Assembly: GCA_027604505.1 (NCBI GenBank)
Contig: JADIIX010000112.1
Span: forward strand, 1-64,000
Direction: 5' to 3'
Length of the DNA: 64,000 nucleotides
From: Gonapodya sp. JEL0774
Lineage: Eukaryota
The position numbers and the translations under genes are program-made. Below the pieces are notes generated by a model. It did not search any database and was not told the origin of the DNA. It was given only the letters and a program-made list of their open reading frames with translations. This document shows positions 10,876-24,200 of this stretch, in pieces. The first letter of the stretch is position 1. Each line of letters starts with the position of its first letter.

Positions 10876-13703
10876 ATGAATCTGTTTAAGAAGGAGCCCG
10901 AGTCCGCCAAAAAGAAGAAGGAGTATGAAATGTGCGGCTCCCCCGGTCTGGATTTTGTGGATGGTTTTCTTTCTTTCTCCACGGACTGAACTAACAAAAG
11001 GCCCCTGTCCTGACTCGTTCGCAGTGGAGAAATTGTGGGGAAAGGAGCGTATGGGGTAGTCAAGGAAGCGGTGAGTGCCTTTGTTGCTTGCTACGGGCGA
11101 AAATGGTGTCTTGGACAACCAGTCTCGGTCTCAACATTTCTCCTTTACCTTCCTTGATTCACATCCTTTCCAGATTCATCTACCCACAAAACGCAAGGTT
11201 GCCATAAAAGTCATCGAAAAAAGCATTTTGGGTAAACTATCGAGAGTTCAAGTGGCACATACAACTGCACTTTGTCGACCAACCCTCTGTGTACTTGTAT
11301 TCAAAGCCAAGGAAAGAAAGAACTTCACTCATGTCCAAGCGGAGTTTGGAATTTTATCTTCGGTCAAGCATCCCAATGTTATCCAATTCATTGATTGGTG
11401 AGTCTGTGTGAGAATGTTGGTAGCGCCTGGTCCATAACAACATCTTCACCGTTTTCACCAGGTTCGAAACGAAAGAAAAGTACTACCTGGTCTATGAGCT
11501 TGCTATTGGCGGAGAGTTATTCAAGAGAATAGTGTCAGTTGGGCACTTTTCGGAACGGGAGTGTGTGATCGTCATATCCAGTGAGTGTCGTCAAACGAGA
11601 ACGTTCACTAGGAAGCGCGGACTGGAAAATCGATCTTTGTTGGACTGTGGCTTGGATGGTGGTGCTACTCCTAGGATTGCGCTTTGAGATGGTTGGGGAC
11701 AGGAGGATGTGCTACGTCCTGTAACACCAGTCAAGACCTCGCCTTCCGAAACGTTTCGATGGGTTTCGTGCAATTGTGAATGTGTAATCTCCGTGTTAAA
11801 TTTCTTTGTCCACAGCGATTCTCAATGCCATTGTTTACCTGCACTCGCATGGGTGAGCAGCGCCGACGTTGTTGTCTCGCCTCATTTTTATCTCATTGAT
11901 CTCTCGCAACGATATATAGCCTCGTCCATCGGGATCTCAAGGTACGCGTCCCGTTCTTTGTCAACTAACCCTCCACGTATGTGGTGACCACCCTCCTCCA
12001 CACAAGCCGGAGAACCTTTTATTTAAAGATTCCTCTGAAGACTCTTCCATTGTTATCGTGGACTTCGGTGTAGCGAAGCTCGTAGGAGATGGGGAGTCAG
12101 AGGGCAACATCGCGTGTAAAACGTTCACGGGATCACCAGCCTACATGGCCCCTGAGGTAGTCCTGCGGAAGAAATACGGCAAACCTGTAGATGTGTGGAG
12201 TGTTGGTGTGATTGCATTTGTGTTGTTGTCTGGGCATAGCCCGTGGGGTGATAAACTCAACGCCAATGAAGTGTACCGGAGGATTGCAGAAGGTACGTCT
12301 GGCTCTCTATGGATAAAGTGCGCTCTCCTTACTTGACTGACAAATCCGCTTTCAAAACAAATTTTCTTTGCTGGCGACGCAATGCTCTCCCATCGCGCTT
12401 CTCCCACGGGCGCCGCAATAATTCGACGGCAATTCAGGTAAATCCGACTTCCCACCTGCAATCTGGTCGCGGATCAGCCCTGCTGCACAGGACTTTTGTT
12501 GTTCTTTGATGCAAATTGTGCGTGTTTTGTCCATTCGTTGCCCCTTGGTCGTTCTCACACAGCGCGACCGCTGTGATTGTAGGACCCCGAAGCCCGACCC
12601 ACCGCCCACGAGGCCCTCCATCACCCATGGTTGGAGAAGTTGTGCCCCAAAGGATACCTTGAGTACATTGAGAGGTTCAATGTCGCCGCGTGGAAAAGGG
12701 AGAACAGACCAATTCGGGAACAGTATGTGTTCCTTCGGTGATCAACATTTGAAAATGCATACTGACATTGATTCCGTTACCTTCGAATCCACGTAACGTA
12801 AGCGTCATTCCGCAGTGGAATCACGTTTCTGCCGACCCTCGAACCGCCTCTGTTCCCATCCGCAACGCTTCTTCCACCAGCTCCATTGCGTCGTCTGCGT
12901 CTTCCGTCAACTCCACATGCCATTCTTCGTCCGGTTCTGCCTCTGCCTCCACAACCACTTTAGTCTCCGTCTCCAATTCGCAATCACTTATGTGTGATTC
13001 GGATGTGAAGCCTGCACCATTGCAGGTGTTGCCTCGACCCCTTGTTGCGATGCAACAAACGGGCATTGAGGTTACAAGTCCGGCTCTCCCCAACGCGCCG
13101 GCAAATAACCCACTACGAGCGAACCTTCAAAAGTCACAACAAGGACAGCTCTCCACGGATGGCGCTGCGAATGGTTCAAATACTTCTTCGCAGGCCACGC
13201 TTTCTGTATCGTCCATTAATGACCCTATAACGGAATCGGGTCCACAAGATACTGAGCATCAGGTGGTTCTCCACCCTCATTCTCCCGTTGCTCTCCGGAG
13301 TGCTGGCATGAGTTCGAGCCAGGCCTCTCGTATCAAGTTTGCGGAACCGTCGCCGATACGGACTCCTTCCCCTGCAGAACATTCTGGTGGTGAGAATGCT
13401 GAGGCTAATGGTCATGAAGCCAAATACAGTAGCTTTGGCAAGGTGTTGGGAAGAGCGCGGAGGCTTTCACTCAAACAGGGCGAACTTAATTTGTTCAGAG
13501 AGGCGGTCTCTATGGGGGCGACTTACGGACTTGGAGGAGAGGACGATTTGGATATCGGAGACGAGGAAGATCTGAACGCTGCAGATGTCGAGAGTGAAGA
13601 AACTGACGATTCGGATCCGGAGGCCTCGAACAGTGCAGCTGAAGCAGGGATGGGAAACGACGTTGAGGCAAAAGGTATTCTGACTTCACGGACTTCAGCA
13701 TAA
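10876..13703 (+). CDS. Calcium/calmodulin-dependent protein kinase (CAMK1/CMK family) with long Ser-rich and acidic C-terminal tail
   Basis: Spliced exons give [69 protein letters not shown] and DVWSVGV. ATG 10876, TAA 13703. Confidence 0.9.
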
Positions 13704-13970
13704 ATGACCACCTTTTTCCGCGTTGATCTGATATGTACAAGTCTTGTCACATAGAAGGTGCCAATTTGGGTCATTTTCTTGTTCTTTGTTCTTCCTTACG
13801 ATGTCCCTTATATCGAAAAACATTTGTAGTATTTAAAGTCATTGTTTGGCGAGTCCTCTCATACATGTTGTTCCTTCCTTGCTTATTCAAGGACAAACAA
13901 AGTGGCACACTGGACTGTGCTTCGTTGTGGATCTTCAACAAAAACTGACACCAGCACCACTGCAATAACC

Positions 13971-15912
13971 ATGGTGCGTTCATCCCGGAACCCACTGAGG
14001 CTTGCCCGGTTCTGATCCTTTCTCTCCCCATCCCCCGTTAATGGGGTTACACGTCTCAATGAACCATTCAACTCGAACAACTCGCCCAACTTTCAATTCC
14101 CATGTTTCCTCTGCTGCAACACACACCATTAGCGCCCTATTCTGCTCCACGGCCACGAACGTGCCCTGACAAAGATAAAATACAACCGGGAGGGTGACCT
14201 TCTGTTCTCTGTTGCGAAAGACCACCAGCCGACAGTCTGGTATTCGCACAATGGAGAACGATTAGGAACATACAAAGGACATACTGGTGCCGTTTGGTGT
14301 TGTGACGTAGATGGTAAGCTCTCCACTCAGTCAGGGGTCTGAACTGAAAAATTGAACTCAAAGTGAAGACCTTTTCTTCGAGACTATCTGGATACCTGAT
14401 TGTTTACATGCTTAAAGAAACACAGTTTGCTTTGGAAGTCATATCTCTGCGCTGCGCTCCTTGAGGTCGAGTTGAGCGCGAGTTCCGCTTCTGTCAGTTG
14501 AAACTTTGGAACGGAACACAGGAATCTCTCAGTTCTGAATTCGCGAACCACCTGGAGAATTCAACACTTTCTCTGATCTCGTATCTTTCATGGATATGGC
14601 TGATTTGCTTGCGATTCACTCTTCGTCAATAGAGCTCTCGACGAGACTGATAACTGGTGCTGCCGATAACTCTCTCAAAATCTGGTCTGTCCAAGGGGGC
14701 AAATGCCTCCACACCATCAAAACAAACTCTGCTGTTCGAAGTGTGGGATGGGCGATGGGCAGCGAGCGAGCGCTGATGGTCACGGACCAGACCATGGGAC
14801 AAAACAGCACGCTACACATTTTAGATACTCCGGAAGACGGTGAGTTGCACTGTGGGAAGAAGTTCTGGACTGTTAGGATTGTGGCATTCCAGCCACTGCC
14901 ATACTTGCTTGATGCGTTTGACATCCGGTTGGATTGGGTGGTAACATGAATGTGTGGACGATGGTGGGACCACACCATGTCCCGAGCGTGCACGGCGGAT
15001 TTGAGCCCCAGCATAGCAGTTTCGATATTGTGACAGCACTTGATGTGATTGCCTATTCGGTGCCGCGCTGATTTGGCCAATTATCGTTAGATGCGCCATC
15101 AGTCATCCAAGCCATTGTCGTTTCTGGATCAAAAGCCACCATCGCTGTTTGGGGCGACCTGAACCGCTACATCCTTGTGGGACACGACGACGGGAGCATC
15201 TCGAAGTACGACCCTGAGGTGAGACACGAGTGAAAAGTTCCCACTGAACTCTTCAAACGGATTTGTCAATGCTCCTTTGTTTCTTTCAATCCAGACCGGC
15301 GAGCAACTAGCAACTTCTCGCCCTCACTCCGGTCCCATCCAGGACCTGCAAATGAGCCCTGACAAAACCATGTTTATCACTGCGTCGAAGGACACCTCCT
15401 CGCTACTCTTCGATGCTGAAACGATGCGGCCGCTCAAAAAGTTTCAGACGAACCGACCGGTCAATGCAGCTGCTTTCAGTCCCCTTCGGAATCACGTGCG
15501 TCGTGCTATTGAGGTTGATGACTTCGAGCGAACTCGGATCTTTGAAACAACTGTCTCTCGTCATCCTATCCTCCCCATTACGCTTAGATCGTACTTGGAG
15601 GTGGTCAAGAAGCCATGTCTGTTACCACCACGGCTGTGAAGTCGGGACAGTTCGAGACACGATTTTTCCACATTGCATTGGAGGAGGAAATCGGCCGGGT
15701 AAAGGGCCACTTTGGGCCCGTTAACACTGTTGCGTTCCACCCGAGCGGGAAGAGGTGAATTCCAAGTGTTGGGTATGTCAGGTGTACATCTCCTTACTCA
15801 ACGCACTGTCAATATTTGCAGCTACGCTTCCGGAGGAGAGGATGGCTACGTAAGGGTACATCATCTGGACGATTCTTATTTCTCTTTCCGGTACGATTTT
15901 GAGGAAGAGTGA
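13971..15912 (+). CDS. TIF34: Eukaryotic translation initiation factor 3 subunit I (WD40)
   Basis: ATG-only first coding exon (13971-13973), intron 13974-14132, then [30 protein letters not shown]...[17 protein letters not shown]. Later [33 protein letters not shown] and [14 protein letters not shown] match eIF3i. Confidence 0.96.
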
Positions 15913-16199
15913 TGGTGCGGTGGGAGTCGGTGTTGTCCGGAATGGTGTTTTAGTGTATAAAGTTGATGTATCGTTTGATGGTGAATGACCATCCTGCACT
16001 CATTCTATTCCTCGTAATGCTCCGATGTACGTCCTATGCGGGTCCACTGCATTTCCTTGACCGCAGGTGGGTTCCAAAAAATTCGTGAAGAGTGAACTGG
16101 ACTGTGTGATGGAGATTGTAATTATTGTTCTCGATGTCTCTTATAATGAAGTACCATCCTGTGTATAATTGTATACAGAATGCCCGCAATAATTTCATT

Positions 16200-17819
16200 A
16201 CCTTGCTTGTAAACCGGACCGCTTCCTTCATCCCAACCGCATTTTACGTTATTTGTTCGGGTCCCGCCCGAACCTGCTCTGAGCGCCACTTCCTGAAATC
16301 CCGCTTCAACAATTTGGCGTCGGGCTCTGTGGCAAGAACCACGAACAACCTTGGCCATCATAAGCGTAGAGAACCTCGCACTGACAGGGTTTACCCGCCG
16401 GGCAGCACATATCCCAGTCGCTGTTCAATAAATTTGGTTTGTATGGGAACTGTTAGAGAACTCCTGATGCGAAGGCGGCAGGAGAGCTACCCACCAGAAA
16501 CCCGACAGGCATTCGGCATTGCCCTGAGCTGCGGACGCGCGTTCGTTAGGGTTGGTGCACCAGCAGCCTATGTAAATCGTAGAGATTCGAATAATCATTG
16601 AGGGACGTGGAAAGGAAACGAGGAGAAAGTAAACAGGGTATCTGGGTATTGCACAAAAGGAGAATGGGTAGTTTGGAAAAGACGGGACTCACCATTGGGT
16701 CTGGCTCCGATAGCGAAGGAAGCGCAGCTGTAAGCACAGATATGGGGGTCGAAGAAGAGGCACGTAAGTCGTGTTTGGTTCCGTTCACCATTATCATTGG
16801 CATTCGCGGCATTCGCACTTGTCTGGCATAATCCCCGGAATATCCGCCCACGATATTGAGTTGGGGTCCGTAATGGGCCCATTGTAGTTCTTGCAGCCAA
16901 TACCGCCCGTTCCAGCAGGTGGGGGTGGGGGTGCTGCGGCCGTGGGAGAAGCGGCGGCTGGTGATGATGCTACTTGAAGAGAAAGCCTGAGAAAAGGCGA
17001 AATCACCAGGGGAGACAAGGCCCTTACCAGCCGAAGTTGGCGCGGGTGCATCTGGGGTGGGTGAAGGTACGGTATCGGGTGTCGGTGAAGGTGTCGGGGA
17101 CGGTGTTGGTGCCGCACTGTAGGGATATTGCACGGTTGGAATGCCGTACGAGAATGAAACCCGATACAGAGCAAGTGTGAGCTCACGTTGTTCGAGCAGC
17201 GGCGGCACTGCTCGTCCGAACGACTGCCGTGGTCCCAGCAGAGGATGTGGCGGCAGTGCTCCGAGATGAGGAAGAACTGGAGCGGGCAACAGTCAAGGCG
17301 CTGGCAGAGGACGAAGAGGAACCACCGACCCCAAGGGCAGCATCTTGACCGGCAGAGCTGGACGACGAGGCCGCAGTTGAGCGGATTGGGATGACGTTCG
17401 TGCCAAGGAGGATACCAATGAGGGCAGCCACGGCAACAACACCTACACCGAAAGAGGAAAGGATTTGTCAAAAAAAAAGAGCAAGCGACAACACTCGATT
17501 GGTAACTTGTCGAAATGCTTTTCAAATGAGACAGCTACAGAACATGAAAGAAACATTACTGGCGAGAAACGCCACATCTCCCATTGGTAACTCGGAATCC
17601 ATCGCTGGAGATAGTACCCCGTTCCTTCTGATACACACCTCCAATGATCCCAAACATGATTGTTTTGTTCGTCGACTTCCGCTTGGGTGGCCCAGAATAA
17701 TCCGGCTCATTCAAAATGGTTGGAGCACCTCCCGCATACTGAGACCGGGGTCTCTGTCGGCGGTCAAAGCGCTCAGAAGGTTGAAGATCATCATCAGAGT
17801 CTCTCCGGCGGTCGCCCAT
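16200..17819 (-). CDS. Single-pass (type II-like) membrane protein with Ser/Thr/Pro stalk and C-terminal Cys-rich, WSC-like domain
   Basis: ATG 17819, basic KRK then hydrophobic IMFGIIGG/VVAVAALIGILLG, S/T/A- and PTPS-rich exons, then IGCKNY...CASFA...CWC...AECLSG...KCGW...PVY. The 3' end is approximate. Confidence 0.5.
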
Positions 17820-18550
17820 TTGTAAAATGTGGTGGGGAACGGCGAGTCGAAAAAGCGCGAGCTGCCTTCCAACAGCAAAGGAGGCCTTGAAGCTTGATAA
17901 ATTGGCAGTGAGGGCTCACTGAGCGATTCCGGCCTTAGAATGTGGACTACGAAGCCGTAATCTATTTGAACAAGTTTTTAGCAGTCCGAGATGTGTTTGG
18001 TTTGATTTCCCAATTTGCGATACCTGTGGCCGTCCCGCCCCGCTGGCCTCTTTTCCAAATGGCGCTGTTTTGTTTCGCGCGATTCAATAACGTCAAATGT
18101 CAAATGACATGAGTGTATCATCCTGGGAGAGAGCTTAGCTTGGGTTTTGCTCGAAGATAAACCCCATCCCTAGTAGTTGGTGCATGTACATACAGGATTG
18201 CTGTTGGGATGAGTCAAGGGACCGCCAAGGTTGTGTACTCCGTGCGTACGATCCAAAAGACGAGCCATGAAGAGAAAGCAGCTGAGCGCAAAACGACATG
18301 CGCTCAAGTGGTGTTCCTCCATTATTTGTTATTACCAATATCTTCTGTTCATTCTCGCAGAGTGCCCAGAAGCCCCGCGCGCACAAGAGAAAAGAGAATG
18401 CAATAGTAAAAATCACCATTTAATCTGCTACAAGGCGGTCAAATGGTCTTTGTAGTGTGTGAAGAGACATGATGGGGAGAAAACAACTTTGCGTTGGCTG
18501 GCGTCCAATCCGCGCCGGCGGGCACCACCATTTCTCCATTTTTCAGATAC

Positions 18551-19150
18551 ATGTTTGCAGAGATTTCGTCAGCAAGTGCACCTGGGCACGCGAAAGACAA
18601 CACTTGGCCAGAGTGCCGGCACCAGTGCGCAGGGCTCTGCCCCTCCCCAAAACCGCCGGCCTGTAATCGTCCCCTCAATCTGAACATTCCTCCAATGTCC
18701 GTCTACCGGTGAGCAATCAAGAACTGCAGTGTCTGGATTCACTTTCTTGAATTCCCGAGATGTCCTGTTATGCAGCTGGATGGAAAAGGGCTTCAGATCT
18801 GCTGATGTTATCGGCGAATTCTCTCAACCAAACCATGGTCTAATCTCAAGCGCCCCCCCCTCCACTCCGTTGCACCCTCTAGAGCCGCTTCTCTTTCCTC
18901 CTCTGCCGCTGCCCATATTCCGCCGGCCCCACCTGTTCCCTCTTCGCTTCCAAGGCCCCTCCCCTCATTCGCCCCCATTTTCCATGCTCCTTCGCCGTCA
19001 GATATCCACAAGGCCTACGGTACCACCTCCATGGGCATCCCTGGAGCTATGATACCGATGGAGACTAATGGAGCAGCTGGGAAGCCCGTTGACAAGGTTC
19101 AAGCAGCTTTTCAGGAGAACTTGGCGACACTTGGAGGAAGGAAGGCCTGA
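18551..19150 (+). CDS. Possible small Pro-rich protein or gene remnant
   Basis: ATG 18551, a GT-AG intron-like segment at about 18709-18775, and an open Pro/Ser-rich frame ending ...AAFQENLATLGGRKA-TGA 19150. The frames do not join cleanly. Confidence 0.2.
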
Positions 19151-19587
19151 AAACTTCAAATGTTGAAAAATATCACTAGAACGAGGGCAGCGGTAAGGTT
19201 TTGCTTGGCTATGTTAACTTAAACGTTTTTCATGACATGCATTTCTCTTTCACAGCCCCACACTCAGCTCAAAAACTTCCTGGCATCAAGTTTGCTTTGC
19301 ATCAAAACCACTTAGTCAGCGTCCGTTTATCTCATATTACCTATCGTATCATCGTAGTAGTGAATGTAACAGTCTAGAAAACATTCTGTCGTTGTTCAAG
19401 AAGTCAACAACGTTGTTCAGTCTCCCTCCCCCATCAACTCTTCCCTGATCTGACACTGTGATCAGCAATGACCTCAATCATTTATTCTCCAAAGACATAC
19501 AATCAGTTTGAGCTCACTCAATCCGTGCGACATCGTCTAAACCTTGCCATTCAGTTTCTTTGCGCCTCTTTGTGAGGCGCCTTCTTA

Positions 19588-20919
19588 TCAGTTCCACAAT
19601 TTTGCTTTTAATCTGACCGTCGGAGGTGTGCTAGGTGAAGGTTGGACTGGACACTGTTGTGTCACATTGTTCACTATGCATTGCCAGTGGCCCGTAAATA
19701 CGCGGTGGAAACATATGTTGCTCGAATGAACGCCACAAGAATTAAAACGTACCAATTTGAACCAACGGTCCAAACACGTCTTGCAGTGGTTGTATAGTTT
19801 CGGGGGGGTTGGCCAGTAGATTCACCTCCCGAATCGCGCACTGGGGTAAAGCACGAGGCAAGTTACACAATAAAGAACACGTGGAGAGCCAAGTGCTGAT
19901 AGGTCGCTGCAGCCTCGCTGCCGTCCAATTTCTACTCACTTCCCTACATAGGAATGTATCGTTTGAGACGACGAACAGCAACTGCGGGATGTCAACCGAG
20001 GTAATATTCTCGCGAATCAAAGCTCCGAGAAGGTCGGCACCGCCTATGCGTTCGCACCTCATCGTGTTACATAGTGGTGCGTTTTCGCGGTGGTTCCTCC
20101 CGTGAAATATACCCACAATAACCTCCAGTAGAATTTGTCAAACAGGTAAGGTTGTACAACAACCGAGTGACGTTCCAGAGATCACCAGCTGTGAGATTGG
20201 CTGAGCCTTTGATAGATGCTAAGGTAAGTAGCGATCTGATAAGTGAGTTGTGTGTGTGAAAAAAACTAACCCGAACCCGGGAATAAAATGGAGATGCTCA
20301 AGCCAAGGCTATCAATGAGATTCCCAACAGAGGTGAGATTCTAAAATCGGGGAATGAGAAGCATCCGGGAGAGATTGAACGAAATGCTACATAACATTGT
20401 TGGGAGGGAGAACGCGGGGCTTCAAATGATGACGCACTGCGTTCCCACACGCCTCAGAAACCGCTGTGAAGTAGTCGTTCACCACTTCATTGCACGTGGC
20501 ATTGCAAAGCCTTTTTGAGAAAATGGTTGCCGAAGTTTCATCAACGTCCGTGAGGTTTGAGAACGGTATGTTCAAGCAGCTACAAAAGGTGATCAAGTAA
20601 CGTGCAGTCACGATCAAAGATGATGTACAGCAGACTTAGACTTACCTTGTAGCTTCATAGTAGTTGTTGATGTACGTGTTACATGAGGGTGTGATATTGT
20701 CGAAAAGAATCTTGCGAATGTCACCGAAGCGAATGTAACCCGCCCTCACAGATCTCTCGGCTTTCTCATTATTGCAAAACTCACGTCGCCAAGGTATCCG
20801 TTGACAGTATCGTTGGTAAGTGGCCCTTGAAGTGGGGAGTTTTCGTCCCTTTGGCACGATACAATCATTGAGAAGAGCGATATCACCACAACAGAGATCA
20901 TGACTCGTTCGGAACGCAT
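19588..20919 (-). CDS. Secreted Cys-rich glycoprotein, multi-exon
   Basis: Signal-peptide-like MRSERVMISVVVISLFSMIVSCQ. Spliced exons read ITPSCNTY, LCNATCNEVVNDYFTAVSEACG and LLYNLTCLTNSTGGYC, with many N-x-S/T sequons. The 3' end is approximate. Confidence 0.6.
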
Positions 20920-21206
20920 GACGTTTACGAGGCGGAAAATAGTTGGTTCAAGAGAGAGAAGATAGTAAACACGGTGTATGGTGTTTCTTCGATGCAGTTG
21001 CTTTATGTGTGTACCGTGAGAACTGTAGAGTTGTTTTGCGCATCCGTCATCGGTGTCACACGATTTCCCAAATTGTGCCGTGAACTCACTACTACGTCGT
21101 GAAACCGTTTCGCTTTACGTCAAGACATATCTTGCTCGATGATACACATAAAAAATCCAACAACAAACTCTGCTGCAGGAAACCAATTCTAACATATGAA
21201 ACGGTT

Positions 21207-24200
21207 TTACTGCATCTTACTGATTGGCTGCACCATCGGAACATCCCACCCACATCCCACCCGATGGTCATTCCCGATTACGCCCAGCCACCTCCAATGG
21301 GCTATTGTCCAGGCCTCGCGATTAAGCGCCATTAAACTTTTCTCAACGAGTTCGGAGACCGTAGGATCATCTTGCTTCATTTGTTTGAGTAGATTTACAC
21401 TAAGCACAGCAGTGGCTTCATTGTCTGAAGCCATAACGTGCACAAGACCCGCAATACACCTCATAATGGGTGCCCTACCTCGACTCTGAGGCTCCTTCCA
21501 CCATGCAGCAACAAGTTGAATGGCAGGCTCTACGGCGACCATTGGATCCATTTCAAGAACCTCGGCTATCACAGATGCAGCGCCACCAGTTGATAGTAAA
21601 ATTCCAGTTGTTGCAATGCGAGCAACAAGGGTCAGAGCCTCAGTCACACCCACGGAGTTTTGCAGGCGCGAACCAAGTGAGTTTTTGACAATACCCAAAA
21701 GTCTGGCGGTCGTCACTTCTGCGAGCTCGCGGTGCTGTTCAACCACAACAGAGATTACTCTCCACGCCCTGACGGGCTTCTCATTTCTGAATGCTCGCTC
21801 CACAGCAATGACAGCGACGTCCAAGAGGTTCGAAACTTCACGCATGATGTCAGATTTTTTCGGCAACTGAAGTGCTTTTGGTAACAAAACATCCAAATAT
21901 GGATCAGTTCCAAGGTCGTCTTGTATCGGATGTTCAAGGTGATCCGATGCGCACAAGGTGCGAAGGACTGCGAGCCTGCGACTTTCTCCCTGTAGACCCT
22001 CGGAGTCGCAAAGAGCCTCGACGATGGCTGTTGCTTCATCGGCGAATTGCCCAGATTCAATCATTGTGAGACGAACAAGACTACGAAGGGAAGCGGGTAC
22101 ACCCAAAATTAAGCCCATCATCTCCCTTACCGCCGGTGCAGTAAACTTTTCTTCAACCTCGTCCGTGGGATCCAGTTTAATGGACCTACGAAGTTTCGAA
22201 AGTGCAGCAATAGCTTTCTCCGGGGGCTCCACTTCCACACGGCGCCTTTTTTTGGTGTTTTCGACAGCGTTTTGTAACTGGCGCTTATTTGAACGTGGCA
22301 TTGCGGTTGATTGGCCCCTCCCTTGTCCTGTAGGAGCTGTCAAGCTGGCCATTCCTGGACCCCTACCACGGTCTACCCTTATTTCAATTCTGGTGTCCAT
22401 CTCAATCCCGTTTGTCCTTTCTTCCGATCCCATCCACCCCTCTCGCAAAGATTTTTCCCTTTCGTCAACGAGCTTTTTTAGAAACCCCCTCAACCATCCA
22501 AGGGACTCTTCTGCAACATCTGAGAGTTTTCCTTTCGAAAATTTTTGAGCTGCACCCGCAATTGCTCCTTGCCAGACAGCATCTGCGCCCTCCCCACTGG
22601 CTTCCAAAGCATCCTTCAATGTTTGCGGCCACTTGCCCGAGAGCGCCGCTAGCCATCCTGCATTTCTACCGGCTTGCGCCAGTACCGGATGCGAGAGGGC
22701 GGCCTTTGCAATGTCCACTGGGCGACTGAAGCGGCTCGGAAACCTCGCTAAAGTTTTTGCACGCTTGGCGTCAGGGAGTGCGGATAAGGCAGAAGCAAGG
22801 CGATCCAAACCGTTCGGGCTGGGAAAAAACTTGGCCGCACTTGCCCCGGTTGATGTAATCAAACCAGCGAAGACAGCGGGAGCCGCGAGATTTGAAGGGT
22901 CGGCCAATGCATGCACCAATTCATCGATGAAGTGACGATCGAACCAGTCAGGTGCGTGCTGGGAAATTGGAGTTGGGGCGTCCCCTCTGGATACAAGCCA
23001 TTCCAGTACGTTTACTACAGCGCTGCCCGAGGGGTCTGGCCAGGACAGAATTACACGAGCTGCTTCAGTGTCCACGTGCGAAGATAAAGAAAAAAAATGC
23101 CATGCAAGCACATCAGCAAGCTTTGGCACACCAATGCATTGATTCCAAATTGGGGGTCCGCCCCTCGCAGCCGCCAATGCAACCCACCCACGTGTAGCAG
23201 GCTCCTCAGCAACCATTGCGGTCAAAAAGCACATGGCTTTACCATCTCCATCCAACATTCGCAACAGGAAATTGTCCTGCCATTGCTTCGCAACGGATCT
23301 AGCGGACAGAACAAGATGGGCGGCCAGACGTGCAGCTGAGGCTTGAGTAGCTGGAGTGCTGGCAACATCGACCTCTGGGCGTTTCATATCATCGAGCGCC
23401 AAGGCTTCAAGTCCGGCGAGTGCCTCTTCCACCCCTCTTCTGCCCTTCTTTGAGTACAACCACTTGGCTGTCCCTCCAGTTTTTCTCCAGTTTCTTAAAG
23501 CTTCCTCTCCCCGGCCGCCCAGGACGGACTTTACTGCATCCTTGGCGTACTCGGGGTTCCCCAACGACCATTCCCACACTTTATCCAGTACAATCCGCGC
23601 AAATGCGCCCGGGGGTAATACGTGTGAGTAAATGCGAATCGTATCGGGAAATAGTGGGTCAATTTTAATGGGGCTGGGCGGAAGTGGGTGTGAGGAGTGT
23701 AAGCAGTGGAGAACAGAGGGGAATGGGGAGGCTATTTCTGTCGATCGCCCAAGAGCGACAATATGAAAAGTCCGATGGGCCTCAAGTAGTTCGTCCGCCG
23801 TCGGTACCGAGATTCCAGAGGACTGGTCATCCACCCACCACGCTTGCATGCCAGTCTCACAAGCACTCGCGCCAGATATTAGCAACGCCAATGCCTCCTC
23901 TGCAATGGAAGTAGTGACAACTCCACGCGCAAGCGCTTCTTCCATCGCTCCAACGCACCATTCTACCGCCTCGTTACCAATATGCGCGCATTTGAATATG
24001 GCTGCCGCAATGGCTTCAGGGCGCCGCAAGTAACAAGCAGCCCAAGCAACAGCAGTAGCCCCACCACCGATTTCCCTTGTTCCGGCCGCCCCAAGTTCGA
24101 GCTGCATCTTCCATCCGGAGATTATTGCTCGATGCAAGGCAAGAGCTGGATCTGACCGACACCAAGACCACCACAGGTTCTGAGACGCACGATCCCCTTG

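Noticed and set aside
14440..14510. Motifs loosely like U4 snRNA (ATCTCTGCGC, TGAGG, CAGTTGAAACT)
   Set aside because: Pairing to canonical U6 is poor and no Sm site follows. Kept only as a generic structured-intron candidate.
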